In this document: positions 1 through 12,210 of the stretch, piece after piece
How positions within the stretch are numbered: position 1 is the stretch's first letter
Layout: every line of letters begins with the position of its first letter
NCBI GenBank assembly: GCA_002633005.1
Contig: NMRA01000038.1
Location: forward strand, 1,008,624 to 1,072,623
Reading direction: 5' to 3'
DNA: 64,000 nucleotides
DNA from: Phoronis australis
Lineage: Eukaryota > Animalia > Phoronida
Notes under the pieces: generated by a model
Told to the model about the DNA's origin: nothing
Database searches by the model: none
What the model saw: the letters and a program-made list of their open reading frames with translations, nothing else
Translations under genes and position numbers: made by a program

Positions 1-351
1 CTTTGTCTGACAAATGGCCATTGAAGAACAAGTTGGCATTTGTGTAGCCAGTTGTTTGTGCATTCATAGAGTTGGTGTAATGTACATCAACCAGTGTGGT
101 GTGATCTGTATCTAGTTTAGCTTGGCATAGTATTTGAGCTGGCTCCCAAAACTTTTATTCAATGGAAAATTTTGATAACTCTTGATAGCATCTATTGTAA
201 ATAGATTCTGACCTCAGTTTTCAAATTTTGAAAGGTTGTAGATAAATTTATTTTATTATGTTTTAAGTAGAACAGAAATGGTCCTTTAGTTTCATTCTGT
301 AGAATAACTGTTACGGAGTTTAACACTAATAAGGTTTCTTGTTACTTCCAG

Positions 352-423
352 AAACGAGCAGCTGAAAACAATATGTTTCTTTTCATCAAGATTCCAGAAG
401 TTCCTCTTCGAGTCAGTTACAAG
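352..423 (+). CDS. BLTP2: BLTP2/KIAA0100 (hobbit) bridge-like lipid transfer protein, internal exon (gene starts upstream of the window)
   Basis: ttccag|AAA...AAG|gtatgg; translates KRAAENNMFLFIKIPEVPLRVSYK, matching the C-terminal KIAA0100 segment as I recall it ([24 protein letters not shown]); 72 nt, phase 0/0. Confidence 0.93.
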
Positions 424-1285
424 GTATGGTTATGTGTTCACTGGTCAGAGACATGTTATTGATACAGTACAAGCCAAAAGTATCCAGACAAAATGACCGG
501 GAACTCTCGGCCATGTCGGCTGGACAGAAGCCAAATTCATTGTCAATGTAGCCTTCCCTCGTGACTGAGAGTGAAGCAAATTTAACAAGAAAGTTACTGA
601 GGTGGCTAAGAGATTTTGTAATTAGAATGTTGCCACCCTGTCATGACGGTGAAACGGTATTTTGTCTGATTACTTTTGTCCTGTACTGTATGTTTATTCT
701 GCTCTTAGTCACAAAGTTGACCAATGTGATATTGTGCACTCTCTTTTCATTTTTTCTCTTGCTGATTCTTAATTTAGTATTTCAAAAACTACTGGTCAGA
801 AAGTGGCTGTACACCTTGATTCACTGTGTTTGAAATTGAATAAATTTATTGATTGTTAATAGAGTTAAAGCAAGTGATCTCACTATTTGTTGCGCAAGAA
901 TGGGGTGATTATTTCAAAAATTGTATGTGACTGACACTTTTATTTATGTATTTATATTATACTGTAATATTGTCTTAATCATGTCATTTTTTTCTCACTG
1001 TCATAAATACTCTCACTGTTTAGAGTCACTTCATCTCTCTTAGTTAAATTTTCACCATTGTTTGCCATTTATTTATTGTCTTAATTCTCAATCTGTTTTA
1101 ATTGTATCCTTTTCACGTATATTTCATTGTTGTTTTATTACTTCATTGTATTATATTACTGTTTTTGTTGTTGAGGGCCTTCGTGGAAAGCAGTCACCCT
1201 CATTTTAAATATCACAATAAATAAATAAATAAAAAGAATCTTATCAGAGTGTAAGTCACAACTTTCTTAAGGGCTCTCCAGCCAG

Positions 1286-1686
1286 GGCCCCGTCTCCAAT
1301 CTTTTTACTCGAAATGGAACTCGAAATTAGGTTTGGCATTTTCTACTCTACTTTTGGGCGAACTCAAAATAACTGTCTATTATTCTATGCTCGAGTACAC
1401 AATAACTTTCGTAGATAATTTATTGCCCTTAGTTCACAGTTTGTAAACCCTATATTAAAGCAATAAGTTCGAGTTTGAACTCGAAATTTCGAGTTTTTAC
1501 TCGAGTTTGTAGCACGAATATAAGGGTGTTCAAGGGCAAACTTGAACTAGAAACTCCTATGCATAAACTATAATGTATTCGAGCATAGTCTGATAACCAA
1601 TTATTTTAAGTTTGCACAAAAGGAGCAGAGAAATTGCCAAAAATAGTTTTGTGTTCGTTTCGAGTACAAAGATTAGAGACCGGGCC
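1286..1686. mobile_element. Non-autonomous DNA transposon (MITE), PIF/Harbinger-like
   Basis: 29-bp TIRs ggccccgtctccaatctttttactcgaaa / rc ggcccggtctctaatctttgtactcgaaa (26/29); CAG direct repeat on both flanks. Confidence 0.8.
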
Positions 1687-1746
1687 CAGATTTTCCACGT
1701 GTTCTTCACACCAGTTGAGCTTGACCTACTCTACTGACCTCTGTAG

Positions 1747-1887
1747 GGAGAGGACCGTAAGAACATAGAGGATGTGAATGACTTTATCTTTCTGTTACCC
1801 ACCCTGGAGTACCACAACCGCACTTGGACTTGGATGGACCTGGTGCTGCAGATCAAAACTGACCTGAAGAGGGTGCTACTGTCTCAG
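1747..1887 (+). CDS. BLTP2: BLTP2 internal exon
   Basis: ctgtag|GGA...CAG|gtagaa; GEDRKNIEDVNDFIFLLPTLEYHNRTWTWMDLVLQIKTDLKRVLLSQ contains the hallmark LPxLEYHNxTWTWxD motif; 141 nt, in phase with both neighbours. Confidence 0.95.
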
Positions 1888-2855
1888 GTAGAACTAACCT
1901 CAGTGTATGAGCGTTTTGGAAATACCAAACCAAATAACTCATCATTTATTTTGAATTTTTACATCGCTTGTAGATTTCATACTAGCTTGGTTTGATTACT
2001 ACTTCATGGTAGCCGTATTTTTACGTGGTTTCTCTGTAACAGTTTCATTGTTCAAAAAAGACAATTTTGAAATTCTTAGTAGAAGTTTGTCTTGTCTTTT
2101 TCAATCCTGATCATTAATATCAAATATTTGACATACAGAGGTTTCATACAAAGTGACTAAAGGTTCACGATGAAATTTGGACTTGGGCTCCCTCTTCCCA
2201 GTTGTGTAATAAAAGTTTAGCCAAGTATTTATTAATGCATCACATTGTAGAAACGATTTCTAGAAATTATCTCAGTGTCTAGCAGTTAGGTGTATGTTCT
2301 CATTGACTTTGCATTTTTGCTAAGTGGGATGATTGTTTTGTGGAGCATAAGAACAAATTTCTAACTTAATCTTAGTCACATTTCACGAAACAGACCACAC
2401 TTTGATATCATTGCAAGGCCATAAAAGTAATTTGCTTGACAGGATGAGAATCACATAGAATTAAGAAAGAAACTATAAAATTGAAGTAGCGAAATGTTGG
2501 GAAATTGCACTTTTTAAATTTCCATCCATTTTACACATGGTGGTGCTGAAGTTTGTCCTCCAAAAACGCTATCACCATCTAATAACAGAACTCGGCTTAT
2601 GTTAACGATTCAAGGCTATATTTGAAATTGGCTATTGGCACGGCATGCTTTTCAGCGTATTTGACCCACTTTTTATCAACATTAGGTAAGCTATGCCCTG
2701 GCAAGTGACTGACATTTGTTGGGTTGTAGAGTTTTATTTCATTTTTAAAGTTGTATTTTAATACCAAATGTCTTGGGAATTCAATCTCTTTCAAATGCAG
2801 GTGTATTGCAGTAATCATTGTTCATGTTTGACATATGGACATCTTTCTCTTAAAG

Positions 2856-2972
2856 GCCATAAAACAGAAGCTGCACATGAAGTCCAAGTTTTATTTGAGC
2901 GATGAAGTGCCAATTTCTGACTCACAGCAAGAGGAGGATAAGGCCAGGATGTTACTAGGCAACAAGTTACTT
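2856..2972 (+). CDS. BLTP2: BLTP2 penultimate coding exon
   Basis: ctcttaaag|GCC...CTT|gtaagt; AIKQKLHMKSKFYLSDEVPISDSQQEEDKARMLLGNKLL, similar to human IKEKLRLK...QQEEEKARLLIG; 117 nt. Confidence 0.92.
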
Positions 2973-3389
2973 GTAAGTGTGTGGGGCTCTGAAGCCTGTT
3001 GAATAAGGAAAGCACACGCGTTTCTTCTTTAAGCGAGCTACCTTGCAACGAAATCCAGGGTGGTGTACGACATGACTTAAAAGGGGACTGTAGTAAATAT
3101 AATGCAGCAGTTTTCCAGTTCTAACATTCAAATAAATCTCACATTTGCCCGAGTTGCGAGCTAAACAAGAGCTTATTCGGAGTTATTGTCCAGATTGAAA
3201 TCCTGACGACAATCGCTGATATCTCAGTGACGTAGCTGGTGAGGCCTCTACTGCTTATCACATATTGCTGCGCCATATTGTGAAGAGTTTACATCGTATT
3301 TATCATTGTATGAGCCGTTGTTATATTTTACTGTTTGCCACAGTGCTGGTTGTTCGAACTGTTCGAAAAAGGTGTCTTCTAAGGGGATG

Positions 3390-4050
3390 GTCATCGCATA
3401 CCATTGCCAGGTTCCCCCCAAGCCTTGGCCCAAAGCAATATACTAAATACACAGGTTTGCACTGATGTGGGTAAAAAATGGACAAATAAATTCTGACTCA
3501 AAATTTGTGTCATTAAAATTACTCTCTTCCTTGAGTAAACTAACTTATTTACCGATGTTAGTTAGTGGTCATTAATAGGCTGCTGCTAAAATCGTGATGT
3601 GTTCTCTTGAGTCAGCTTTTGATGATTACGTCACCTGACCTTGACCAGTTTCTTTTCCTCACAATTTTTATATCAACTATTCTTTGCTGCCGGCACAAGG
3701 TTGCGTAAGTTTTTAGTATTTTAATACCAGCAAACCAAATTTTAGAACAAACCTTGCTACTGCGAAGCTGTCATCCTCTCCCGAAAGACATCGCAAAATT
3801 TTAGGAAATGCCGCGTGCGCTGTGTCACAAGCATGATGTTTTTGAAATCGGACGACAGACTTTTTTGTTACAAAATGCGGCGAATTATGCTAGAAAATAA
3901 CGTTTATTTGATTGTTTTCCTCTTAAACGGCTGCAATGAACAAGGTGAGTGCTGGTTGACTACCAGATTTTGTATGCACCCCCGCCAGTTGTTAGCTCCG
4001 GCTATATGTTGATGTAAGTTTCACGAGGTTACGAGCATAATTACCCAGGT
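3390..4050. repeat. Interspersed repeat, homologous to the split copy at ~8010-8260 plus 9704-10070
   Basis: Collinear shared blocks (ctcttccttgagt; ataccagcaaac; ccgaaaga; tttgttacaaaa; gtttatttgattgtttt); boundaries approximate. Confidence 0.65.
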
Positions 4051-4404
4051 AGTCAACGGGCTGCGTGAAATTTCGGGTCTAACAGCTATAGTTGGTAACT
4101 AACCAACCCTTAAAAAGTTTACAGAGCTGAATATTAGCTGGCAGACCACAGTCACACCATACTGTAAATTGTTGATGCAGACTGGTTACACTGACATATT
4201 TTCGTCTGACGATGGCGATGACTGGGCATCACTTTGTGTTGTCTCGAGTCAAACAGGTATCCCTGCATGGTGACCCGACATTTCACACTAAAATTTCTTA
4301 TTCCGACAATTTGAAGAACGCCACTTGACTGCACATTAAAATATGACACTGACTTTACCCCACCAAATACGTCATGAGTAGCAGCGCTCCAATCGGGTGA
4401 TATA

Positions 4405-4950
4405 TTTTATATGTGGACGCATTATGCCGTCATCTACGTCTGTCCGTCCGTCCGGCGTCAGTCCGACATCCGGTGTCCGGCATCTGCTGCTCTATCTCCA
4501 AAACCGATTGACGTGTGCCCCCTGGTGGCAATTTTAGTTTTACGTTTACCTCTGTATCTTCAAAGGTTCTCAACAGATTTTCATAAAATTTTGAATACAA
4601 GCATCTGTATCTCCTAAACCCACTGCAGGATCTTTATTAAATTTAATTTTTAAGTGTATTTATATGAAGCTAGCAACAGACAATGAGGACTTTCAGGCGG
4701 ATCCAATGAACATTGTGCCCCCTAGTGGCAATTTCATTTTATTCTGTTTTCCTTTGTTTCTCTGAAGTTCCATGATGGATTTCTATGAAATTTGGTGTAT
4801 AGCTTTCTATCTAAGAAGCAATGACATGTTCCCGTTTTCGGGTGGATTGTATGTTTTTGCGCCATCTAGTGACACTAATAAACAACCCTAAGAGCACACC
4901 GTTTGCGATGCATTTGTGGGTGCATTTCAACGCTCCGCATTGCTCTTGTT
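4405..4950 (+). mobile_element. Helentron-associated (HINE/DINE-1-like) element, internally deleted copy
   Basis: GTCC microsatellite, subrepeats and 3' hairpins shared with the copy at 6094-7431. Confidence 0.65.
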
Positions 4951-5991
4951 GTGACTTTAGTTAGCGAATATAAGTTTACTTTTTGCTGTTGAATTATTAG
5001 TGAAATTAATCAACAACTCATGGAAAATTATACAAAATTTATTCCGAATAAAATACAGTTCTCTTTTAATGTTTTAAAGTGATTTACCTTGAGCAAGAGC
5101 AATGATTCTAATTGGTACACCACAATATATACGACAAAATTGTGGTAAGTTGTATGTAGAAATGAATGATTCCCTTAAATGATGTAAGCTTGATATATAT
5201 CGATTCTAGTGGGCTTTTTTTGTTTTATGTCGCCTCCAAAAAGTCTCACATGCAGTTTTATTTCTTAACTTGTCAAAGTTTTTGTCTGCAAAAAAAAATG
5301 TACTCAGTGACAATGATGGCTTACGCTCCGATTTGTTGACAACTGCTTTCATGGATACCATTTTGAAATTTGAGTGAGCATGCGCTGTCGTTCAATACCG
5401 AGCTCTCACTTTAAGCAGAAGCTCTCTCTCACTTTAGGCAGGTACAAGCTCTTTTGAACAGGCTTCTGATGTTCACTGAGGTTTGTGCTGTTTAGCAGTT
5501 TGTTTCTTGCTCCATATCTCATTGTTTTGATCTCGGGAGCTGCTGTCCTCTTTGGGCCATTCCTGAATTTGAGGATTTGATTTTGATTTGTTTGAAATGT
5601 GTTTGTTGTCTCCTATGTATTATCTTGAAGAACTTGTAGCTTTGTTTACATGGGATTTCTCTCTTTCTTCTTTTTTATGATATATGTATTTAGTCTCTTT
5701 TCAAAATCATTATTAAAAAACATGGGAATTTTACAGCAGTGTCCAAAATCTTGTTAGAGAGGGTATCCAAAATGTAGACTTAAACTGTAAGCTGAAAAGA
5801 AATTACGTCATTACTTTATTTCATGATTCTCTTGCCTTAAATTAATGCTCCAATTTTTCAGTGATTTTGGAGCAATTCCTTCTTGACTAAATATTTTGAT
5901 CAGTTCTTTGTGACTGTTGATTGTTTGAGCCGTACTTTGTGAGTTCTGTTGAAACTTCTTCATCATAATGATTTCTATCTTTCTCTTGTAG

Positions 5992-6051
5992 GCTGGCAAT
6001 GAAAGGCCAAGTAGCAAAAAGAGTTTGTTTGGCAAGTCCTCAAAGTCATGA
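5992..6051 (+). CDS. BLTP2: BLTP2 last coding exon (stop TGA 6049-6051)
   Basis: ttctcttgtag|GCT; AGNERPSSKKSLFGKSSKS*, similar to the human basic tail GKKSIFGRRK*; phase 0. Confidence 0.88.
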   Translation, partial: AGNERPSSKKSLFGKSSKS

Positions 6052-6093
6052 TCCCAGGTAAAGTTTCATCTGAGGATGATATGATCTATTATA

Positions 6094-7431
6094 TTATGCA
6101 CCCACATGTTTATATGTGGAGGCATTATGCCGTCATCTCCGTCCGTCCAGCATCCGCTGCTCTGTCTCCAAAACCCTTTGACGTACGTTCATGAAATTTT
6201 GCACATATATTCCTTTCATAAATGGGACAGCATGAGCTAATTTTCGGACGTACCCGATTACTGGTGTGCCCCCTTGTAACAATTTTAGTTTTGTTGTTAC
6301 GCTTACCTCTATATTTTCAAAGGTCCTCAACGTATTTTCATGAAATTTGGCATATAGGCATCTATGAGATGAAGGTGTCTTCCCATTTTTGGATGGATTC
6401 AACGTAGTTTGCGCCTCCTAGTGGCCATTTTTTGCTGTTTTTTAGTCTGTTTTTTGGCGTCCACCCCTTTATCAACCAAAGTGCTCGAAGGATGATTGTG
6501 AAAATTGGCATGACTGTATGTTCTTACTATGAAAAGGACAGTTGACGATGATTTTCTGACGACTTCAACTACTGTGATGCCTCGTAGTGGCAGTTTGTTT
6601 TTTTTTGTGCCCATGGCTGTATATCCTAAACTGTTTGCAGGATTTTTGCTAAATTTAGCAAGTGTATTTATATGATGTTGACAACGGATGGCAACAACTT
6701 TTGGACGGATCTGACTACCAGTGTGCCCCCAGTGGCAATTTTAGTTTTTTACGCTTACCTCTATATTTTCAAAGGTTCTCAACGTATTTTCATAAAATTA
6801 GGCATATAGGCATCTATTGGTGAGATGATGTTATCCTTCCATTTTCGGATGGAATCGAGGTACTTTGCACACCTAGTGGCCATTTTTTATGTTTTCGAGT
6901 CGGTTTTTTGTTGTACACCCCTTGATTAACCAAACCATTATAAGGATAATTTTGAAAATCGGTGTGTTTGTTCTCAGTGTGAAGAGGACAGTTGCCGATA
7001 ACAAATTCGACTACTGTGGCGCCTCCTAGTCATGATACTTTTGTTTTGTTTTGCGCCCATAGCTGCATCTCCTAAACACACTGCAGGATCTTTATTAAAT
7101 TTAGCAATTGTATTTATATGAAGCTGACAACAGACAATGCAGACAGGCATATCCAATGAACGCTGTGCCCCATGTGGAAATTTCATTTTTTTCATTTTCC
7201 TTTGTTTATCTGAAGTTCCTTTACAGATTTTTATGAAATTTGGTAAATAGCTTTCTATTAAAGAAGCACTGGCATGTTCCCATTTTCAGATGGTATGTTC
7301 CCATTTTTAGATGGATTACACGTTTTTGCGCCATCTTGTGGCTATTTTTATGAAACAAATAAACAACCCTAGAAGCGCACCGTTTGCGGTGCATTTGTGG
7401 GCGCATTTCAACGCTCTGCGTTGCCCTTGTT
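6094..7431 (+). mobile_element. Helentron-associated (HINE/DINE-1-like) element with ~150-bp internal subrepeats
   Basis: Subterminal IR atgcacccaca / tgtgggcgcat, 5' hairpin ccacat..atgtgg, GTCC microsatellite, about 8 subrepeats, 3' hairpins gcaccg-tttg-cggtgc and caacgc-tct-gcgttg, TT flanks. Confidence 0.7.
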
Positions 7432-8260
7432 ACTGTTTTGGGGCTGTTTTTTGGTGTCTGCTACTCCATCATCATAACGTTCTGAGGATGATTTTGAAAA
7501 TTGGTGTTTGTGTTCTCAGGCTGTAGATTCATAAAGTTTCTGTTTGTGGAAGGATGTTATTGTTTAAGTAGTCAGTACAAAGAAGAGTTTGTCAAAAGTT
7601 TTGTCAATAAACAAAACGTTTGACATTAGTTTATCATGTTATGTGATATATATATAGATATGTGAATCTTACACCGGCATGAAAATGTAGATTGCAAACA
7701 TTTTTAAGTCTGGTCAGCACCTGTTGGCAACATCACGTGACCTAATGAATTTAAGTCTGTGATAAATTATGTGATATGTTTAAAATTATGGTAATTTTTA
7801 GTGACAAAATGTGCTTTAGGGTCTATTTTGTCCAAATAATCTAATGCTGGTGGTACATTCTATTCCTAACAAAGATTTATCAAAGTTGAGTCAAATTTTC
7901 TGGATAACCTCAGCAACAGGACTATATTTTGCTCATAAGGATCAGGGACTGCATTTTGTTAGAATAGTGTAGGTCTTCGACCCCTCCAGAACAAAACCTC
8001 CATTATTATATCCACAGGAGGGTGAAGTATACCGGATTGGAGCAATGTACCATAGGTAAAACACTGGTGAATCAAAAATCTGTCACAAAATTAATGTCAT
8101 TTAAAATTTCACTCTTCCTTGAGTCAAATAAGTTGGTTATTGGCACGAAAACAACACGTTTAGCATGTTATCGTATTTGTGTAGTGATTGTATGTATTGG
8201 TTTGGAATGTCAGGAAATAGAGCATAACTTCTTGCCAAATTCCAGTTTTTACCAATTCTA

Positions 8261-9703
8261 CAGTATTCGCCCTAATAAGCGCCTATACCCTTATAAGTGC
8301 CCCCCATGCGTTTTCAGACTGCTAAAGTAAGTGCCCAGTCCATGAAGGCCATGTACATACAAAAAATGCCTTACCTACAGTTCTAAAATTCTACAGTAAC
8401 GTCTTCAGTTTATCAATAAGATCCAACAGTCCTGAAAAAATCATTGTGCGCGGAATTTGTAGACCAGGAGCCTCGTCGCTATGTCGGTATTTAGCCGTGA
8501 CTATACACTTCAAACTTCCACCTTGCTTCAAAAAGAACGCAAGTTTTGCTGGTCTTGTGAGGGACGTGTCCTATTATGGTCTGGCCCTTCAGAACAGACG
8601 CAGCATACTTGTCAAAGGGATTGTATTGTATCTTTCCCATACATATCTTCTCCCTCAACAGGAATCCAAATTACTTTGTACACGTGAAAACCACGAATCG
8701 AAGACTAATAAAAACTGACCTTTGTTCAGTTAAAAACAAGTGGTCAGGAAGCACGCGTTCTTGTCATCGAAGATTAGTCTTCGGGAACTATCTATTCATG
8801 AAACGGGGAGCATAGCATTGGCAACAAATAAATACTGGCACCTATTTCCGAAAGTTTCTAATACCGTAAAAAACTTTTGCGTTATTTTTAAGGAGAAATT
8901 ATTAAAATAGTCGTAATTGGTGTTTTTAAAGTCAAAATGACCCACTGGCAGTGAAAACTTCCGCACTCTTACACCCCCCCGAATCCACTGAAAAATAACT
9001 GTTAGACTGTCACGCATCCAGTCACCCAGTGATCGAGACAATTCTCGAACGTTTTTTAGCAGATGAGCTCAACAAGTGTTAAATAAAACATGTTCTGCTT
9101 TACTGCTTGTGTTAATTTGTTTAGTTACAATGCCACCTAGAACGTTACATCGTGTTCACTTTGGCAAATGAACTCACTCACACAATATGCAGACGAATTT
9201 CAAAACAAACTTCACCTGACAACAACATGTGTGTTCATCCAGAGATTTTTCTCGTGTTGGGGAGTACGATCTAGCGCAGATTTGGACTTAATATACAGTT
9301 AATCCTGACTCCAAAGGAACTTAATCTTAGGGACGCTATTTTGAAAACTTATAAGTACTTCAGGTAATTTGTTGAGTCAAAACTATATTTTTACTCAAGA
9401 ATTTAAGTTGACATATTGGCGATCGCGAGGCAGCGACGCATCAGTCGGCAAGTTTTCGCCATGGGATTTTCTGAAAAGTCCTTGTAATTTAACAATTAAG
9501 TTTGATAGCAATGCACTGCAATTTTGTGGAAACTCTGTCATGGGTTACAGATGCATCACAAAGCATAAATTTGATGAATTCTAGCTTACGATTTCATCTG
9601 TTTCGGAGAGCGGGTTTCAACCACTTTTGGGCTATAATAAGCGCCTCCCCTTTTCGAAGGGCATTTTTCTAAGTGCTCTGGGTGCTTATTAGAGCGAATA
9701 CTG
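8261..9703. mobile_element. Tc1/mariner/pogo-like non-autonomous element
   Basis: TA|cagtattcgccctaataagcgcc ... ggtgcttattagagcgaatactg|TA: 23-bp TIRs (2 mismatches), TA target duplication, no transposase ORF. Confidence 0.8.
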
Positions 9704-11696
9704 TAACCACTGTTGATTTCGCTTTGTTTTATGTGACATTGTAGTATTTTATACCAGCAAACTGAATTTCTGAGCCAATTTGCTTCGGCAAAATTTTCAT
9801 CATCTCCGAAAGATCTTGCAAAAAATTGCGCAAATGCCGCATGTCATGAGTATAATATTTTGTAGTCAAAAACAGAATTTACTTTGTTACAAAAACGGGA
9901 GAGCAAAGCAGGAAAATATGTTTATTTGATTGTTTTTGTCATAAACCGCTGTAGTGGGCAAGGTCAAATGTTAGTTAGCTATCGGGTTTTGTATACATCC
10001 TGTCTGGTTGTGAGTTCTACTTATTGATGTAAATTTCATGACTAGGTGACGAGCAGAACTACCAGGGCAATGTGTAATTTTTAAGTCTATGTAAAATTTA
10101 CATGCATCATGTGCCTTAGCTTTTTTTGATGCAAGTCTACATACTACTGGCTGGCTAGCTGGGTGCAGTATGTAGTATCCCGCAGGTGTTTTTATTGTGC
10201 TATTTATTCCGTATTTTAGAGTGTTTCCTATCTTTGGCATAAGGTAGTCTAGGCTGTCGTAACACCATTAAAACTTCGTAAAAGGAGTAAATGTCTCACA
10301 CTTTTCAAAAGGGACTAAGCTGTACCTGCCTCCCTCTTTGAGTCTTTTCTAGCTTTCTTGATTGACAATAGATGGCTCTGCCCATTGAATGAAATACTGG
10401 GTTTGTAACTTGACATGATTTCCCTGAGTTTTGTTTGACCTTTTGCTGACAGTTAGTCTTCTACTCATCTTCATTGACAACAGGTGGAGCTAGCTGGTGA
10501 TTAATGACATCATGAGGTAAAGCTGAAACAGATAACTGTTTCTTTCTTGAATAGGTTTTTCTGCAAAGTTTGTGTTCATACTTTAAGTTGTTCTATTGAA
10601 TCATTGAACAAAACTACTGCTTGGCTTATATAAATTTAAACATTGAATGAATAAAAGATAAGCACTAATCGATATATTATATATTTACTGCAAAGTGATA
10701 CCTAAGCTAGTTTACAATGAAACAACACTTGAGGGTGAGATAAAAGGTCACATATGTTATGACAAACTGAACTATTACAGATATGGATAAATACAAAAGT
10801 TATATAATATATTGAGCTGTAAAGGTGGGTGAAAATATGCCAATGCAACACAATGACATCAACATGAGAAAATTGAGAATAAGTACATGTAGTAAATAAT
10901 AAATTGAGGTAGAGAGGGTTACAGAGAAACTGATTGAAAATTACAGAGTTGAAGAGAAATTATGGACGATGGCACAGTGTTACGATGACACAAAGAAATC
11001 ATGTGGTACAATTAAACCAATAGTGGCCGAACAAAGAGGGTCAGTGACCCAAGAATCCAAACAATATGATAATGAGGGCGAAGCAGTATTAGCTTACATA
11101 AAATAATTTAATACTTAACAAGTTATATTAACTTAAAAGTCTAAGTTTGGTCAGCAGTCCTCTCCAATTCAAGGCTGGAATGTACATATTAGTGCTATTA
11201 AAGTTGTTGGATTTGACTGAGTGAGTCATAGGGTAATAGGTCATCACCAATTTTTCATTTGACAACATGCCATGCCAACCATCAGTAAGACCACATTTTC
11301 TGATGTGAATATTCCTGTGATTAACCGCATAAACGGAGCACAGAATCTGCTGAAGTCAACCTCTCAAAAACAAATTATTTTTGTTCAAATGTTTGTTCCA
11401 ATATTTTTACTATTAAGGACATGCTAAATCAACATCTTATAATTTGTTTTGAATTTGTTCAGAAATAAATCAAATGGCGTAATTTTATTGTTTGTTACTT
11501 CAACCATTGTTGAAGTCCATGCCACATCCTATTGTGTTCTGCACTGGCACGCCATCTAGTGTTCAGCTCAAGATATCTCATGTAGGTATTAGACATATGA
11601 TTGTCTCACATGAGTAATATAATAGTTTTTTTGACTAACATGAACACTAACAATGGAATTTCAAAAAAATTATGAAAAACATTTCCAAATTCTTCA

Positions 11697-11803
11697 TTAA
11701 ATGCACAACAGTGTTGTCGATTGATGATTTTCATATATACTCGCTCAAACTTTGTGCGAGTACGTACAAAAATTGTCAACCGACAACATACTCATGTATT
11801 TAA
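11697..11803. repeat. Imperfect palindrome (fold-back MITE remnant)
   Basis: ttaaatgca..tgttgtcgattgatgattttcatatatactcgc pairs with gcgagtacgtacaaaaattgtcaaccgacaaca..tgtatttaa. Confidence 0.6.
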
Positions 11804-11809
11804 GCTTAT

Positions 11810-12210
11810 TCGAGAAGAATACTTGCGCAATTTCGATGTTCAGGTCACTCACTTAATATAGAGAAAGGTTGACGTATGGGTATTCCTAGAAGTGAGGGAA
11901 TAAGCGGCCTGTGCTGTCTGGGTGAAATTGAAGATGAGCCTCATTTCATGTGTTGATGCCCTGTTCTTGGAGACCTTAGAAGAAATCTTCCAGAGCTTGT
12001 GAATGTTAACTATTCTCTAGTTAGGTTATTCCAACAGAAAAATTATGACTGTATCCAGCGCTTTGCATTGTATATTCAGAAGGCCATGGCTTTAAAGAGG
12101 AGAACTGCTCTTCTTGTAAATACTCTGGAATATACATTTGGATTTATGAATTTATGTATGAGTAGGCAAAGCCTACGATGTACAATAAATGAAATAAATA
12201 AAATGAAATT
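11810..12210 (+). mobile_element. Decayed non-LTR retrotransposon 3' end (RTEX-like ORF2 C-terminal zinc-finger region)
   Basis: FRCSGHSLNIEKG*RMGIPRSE...LCCLGEIEDEPHFMC*CPVLGDLR with in-frame stops, followed by an A-rich aataaatgaaataaataaaa tail. Confidence 0.7.

Noticed and set aside
6049-6051. Selenocysteine or readthrough at the BLTP2 TGA
   Set aside because: The stop coincides with the known end of the family, there is no CUAG readthrough context, and I see no SECIS.
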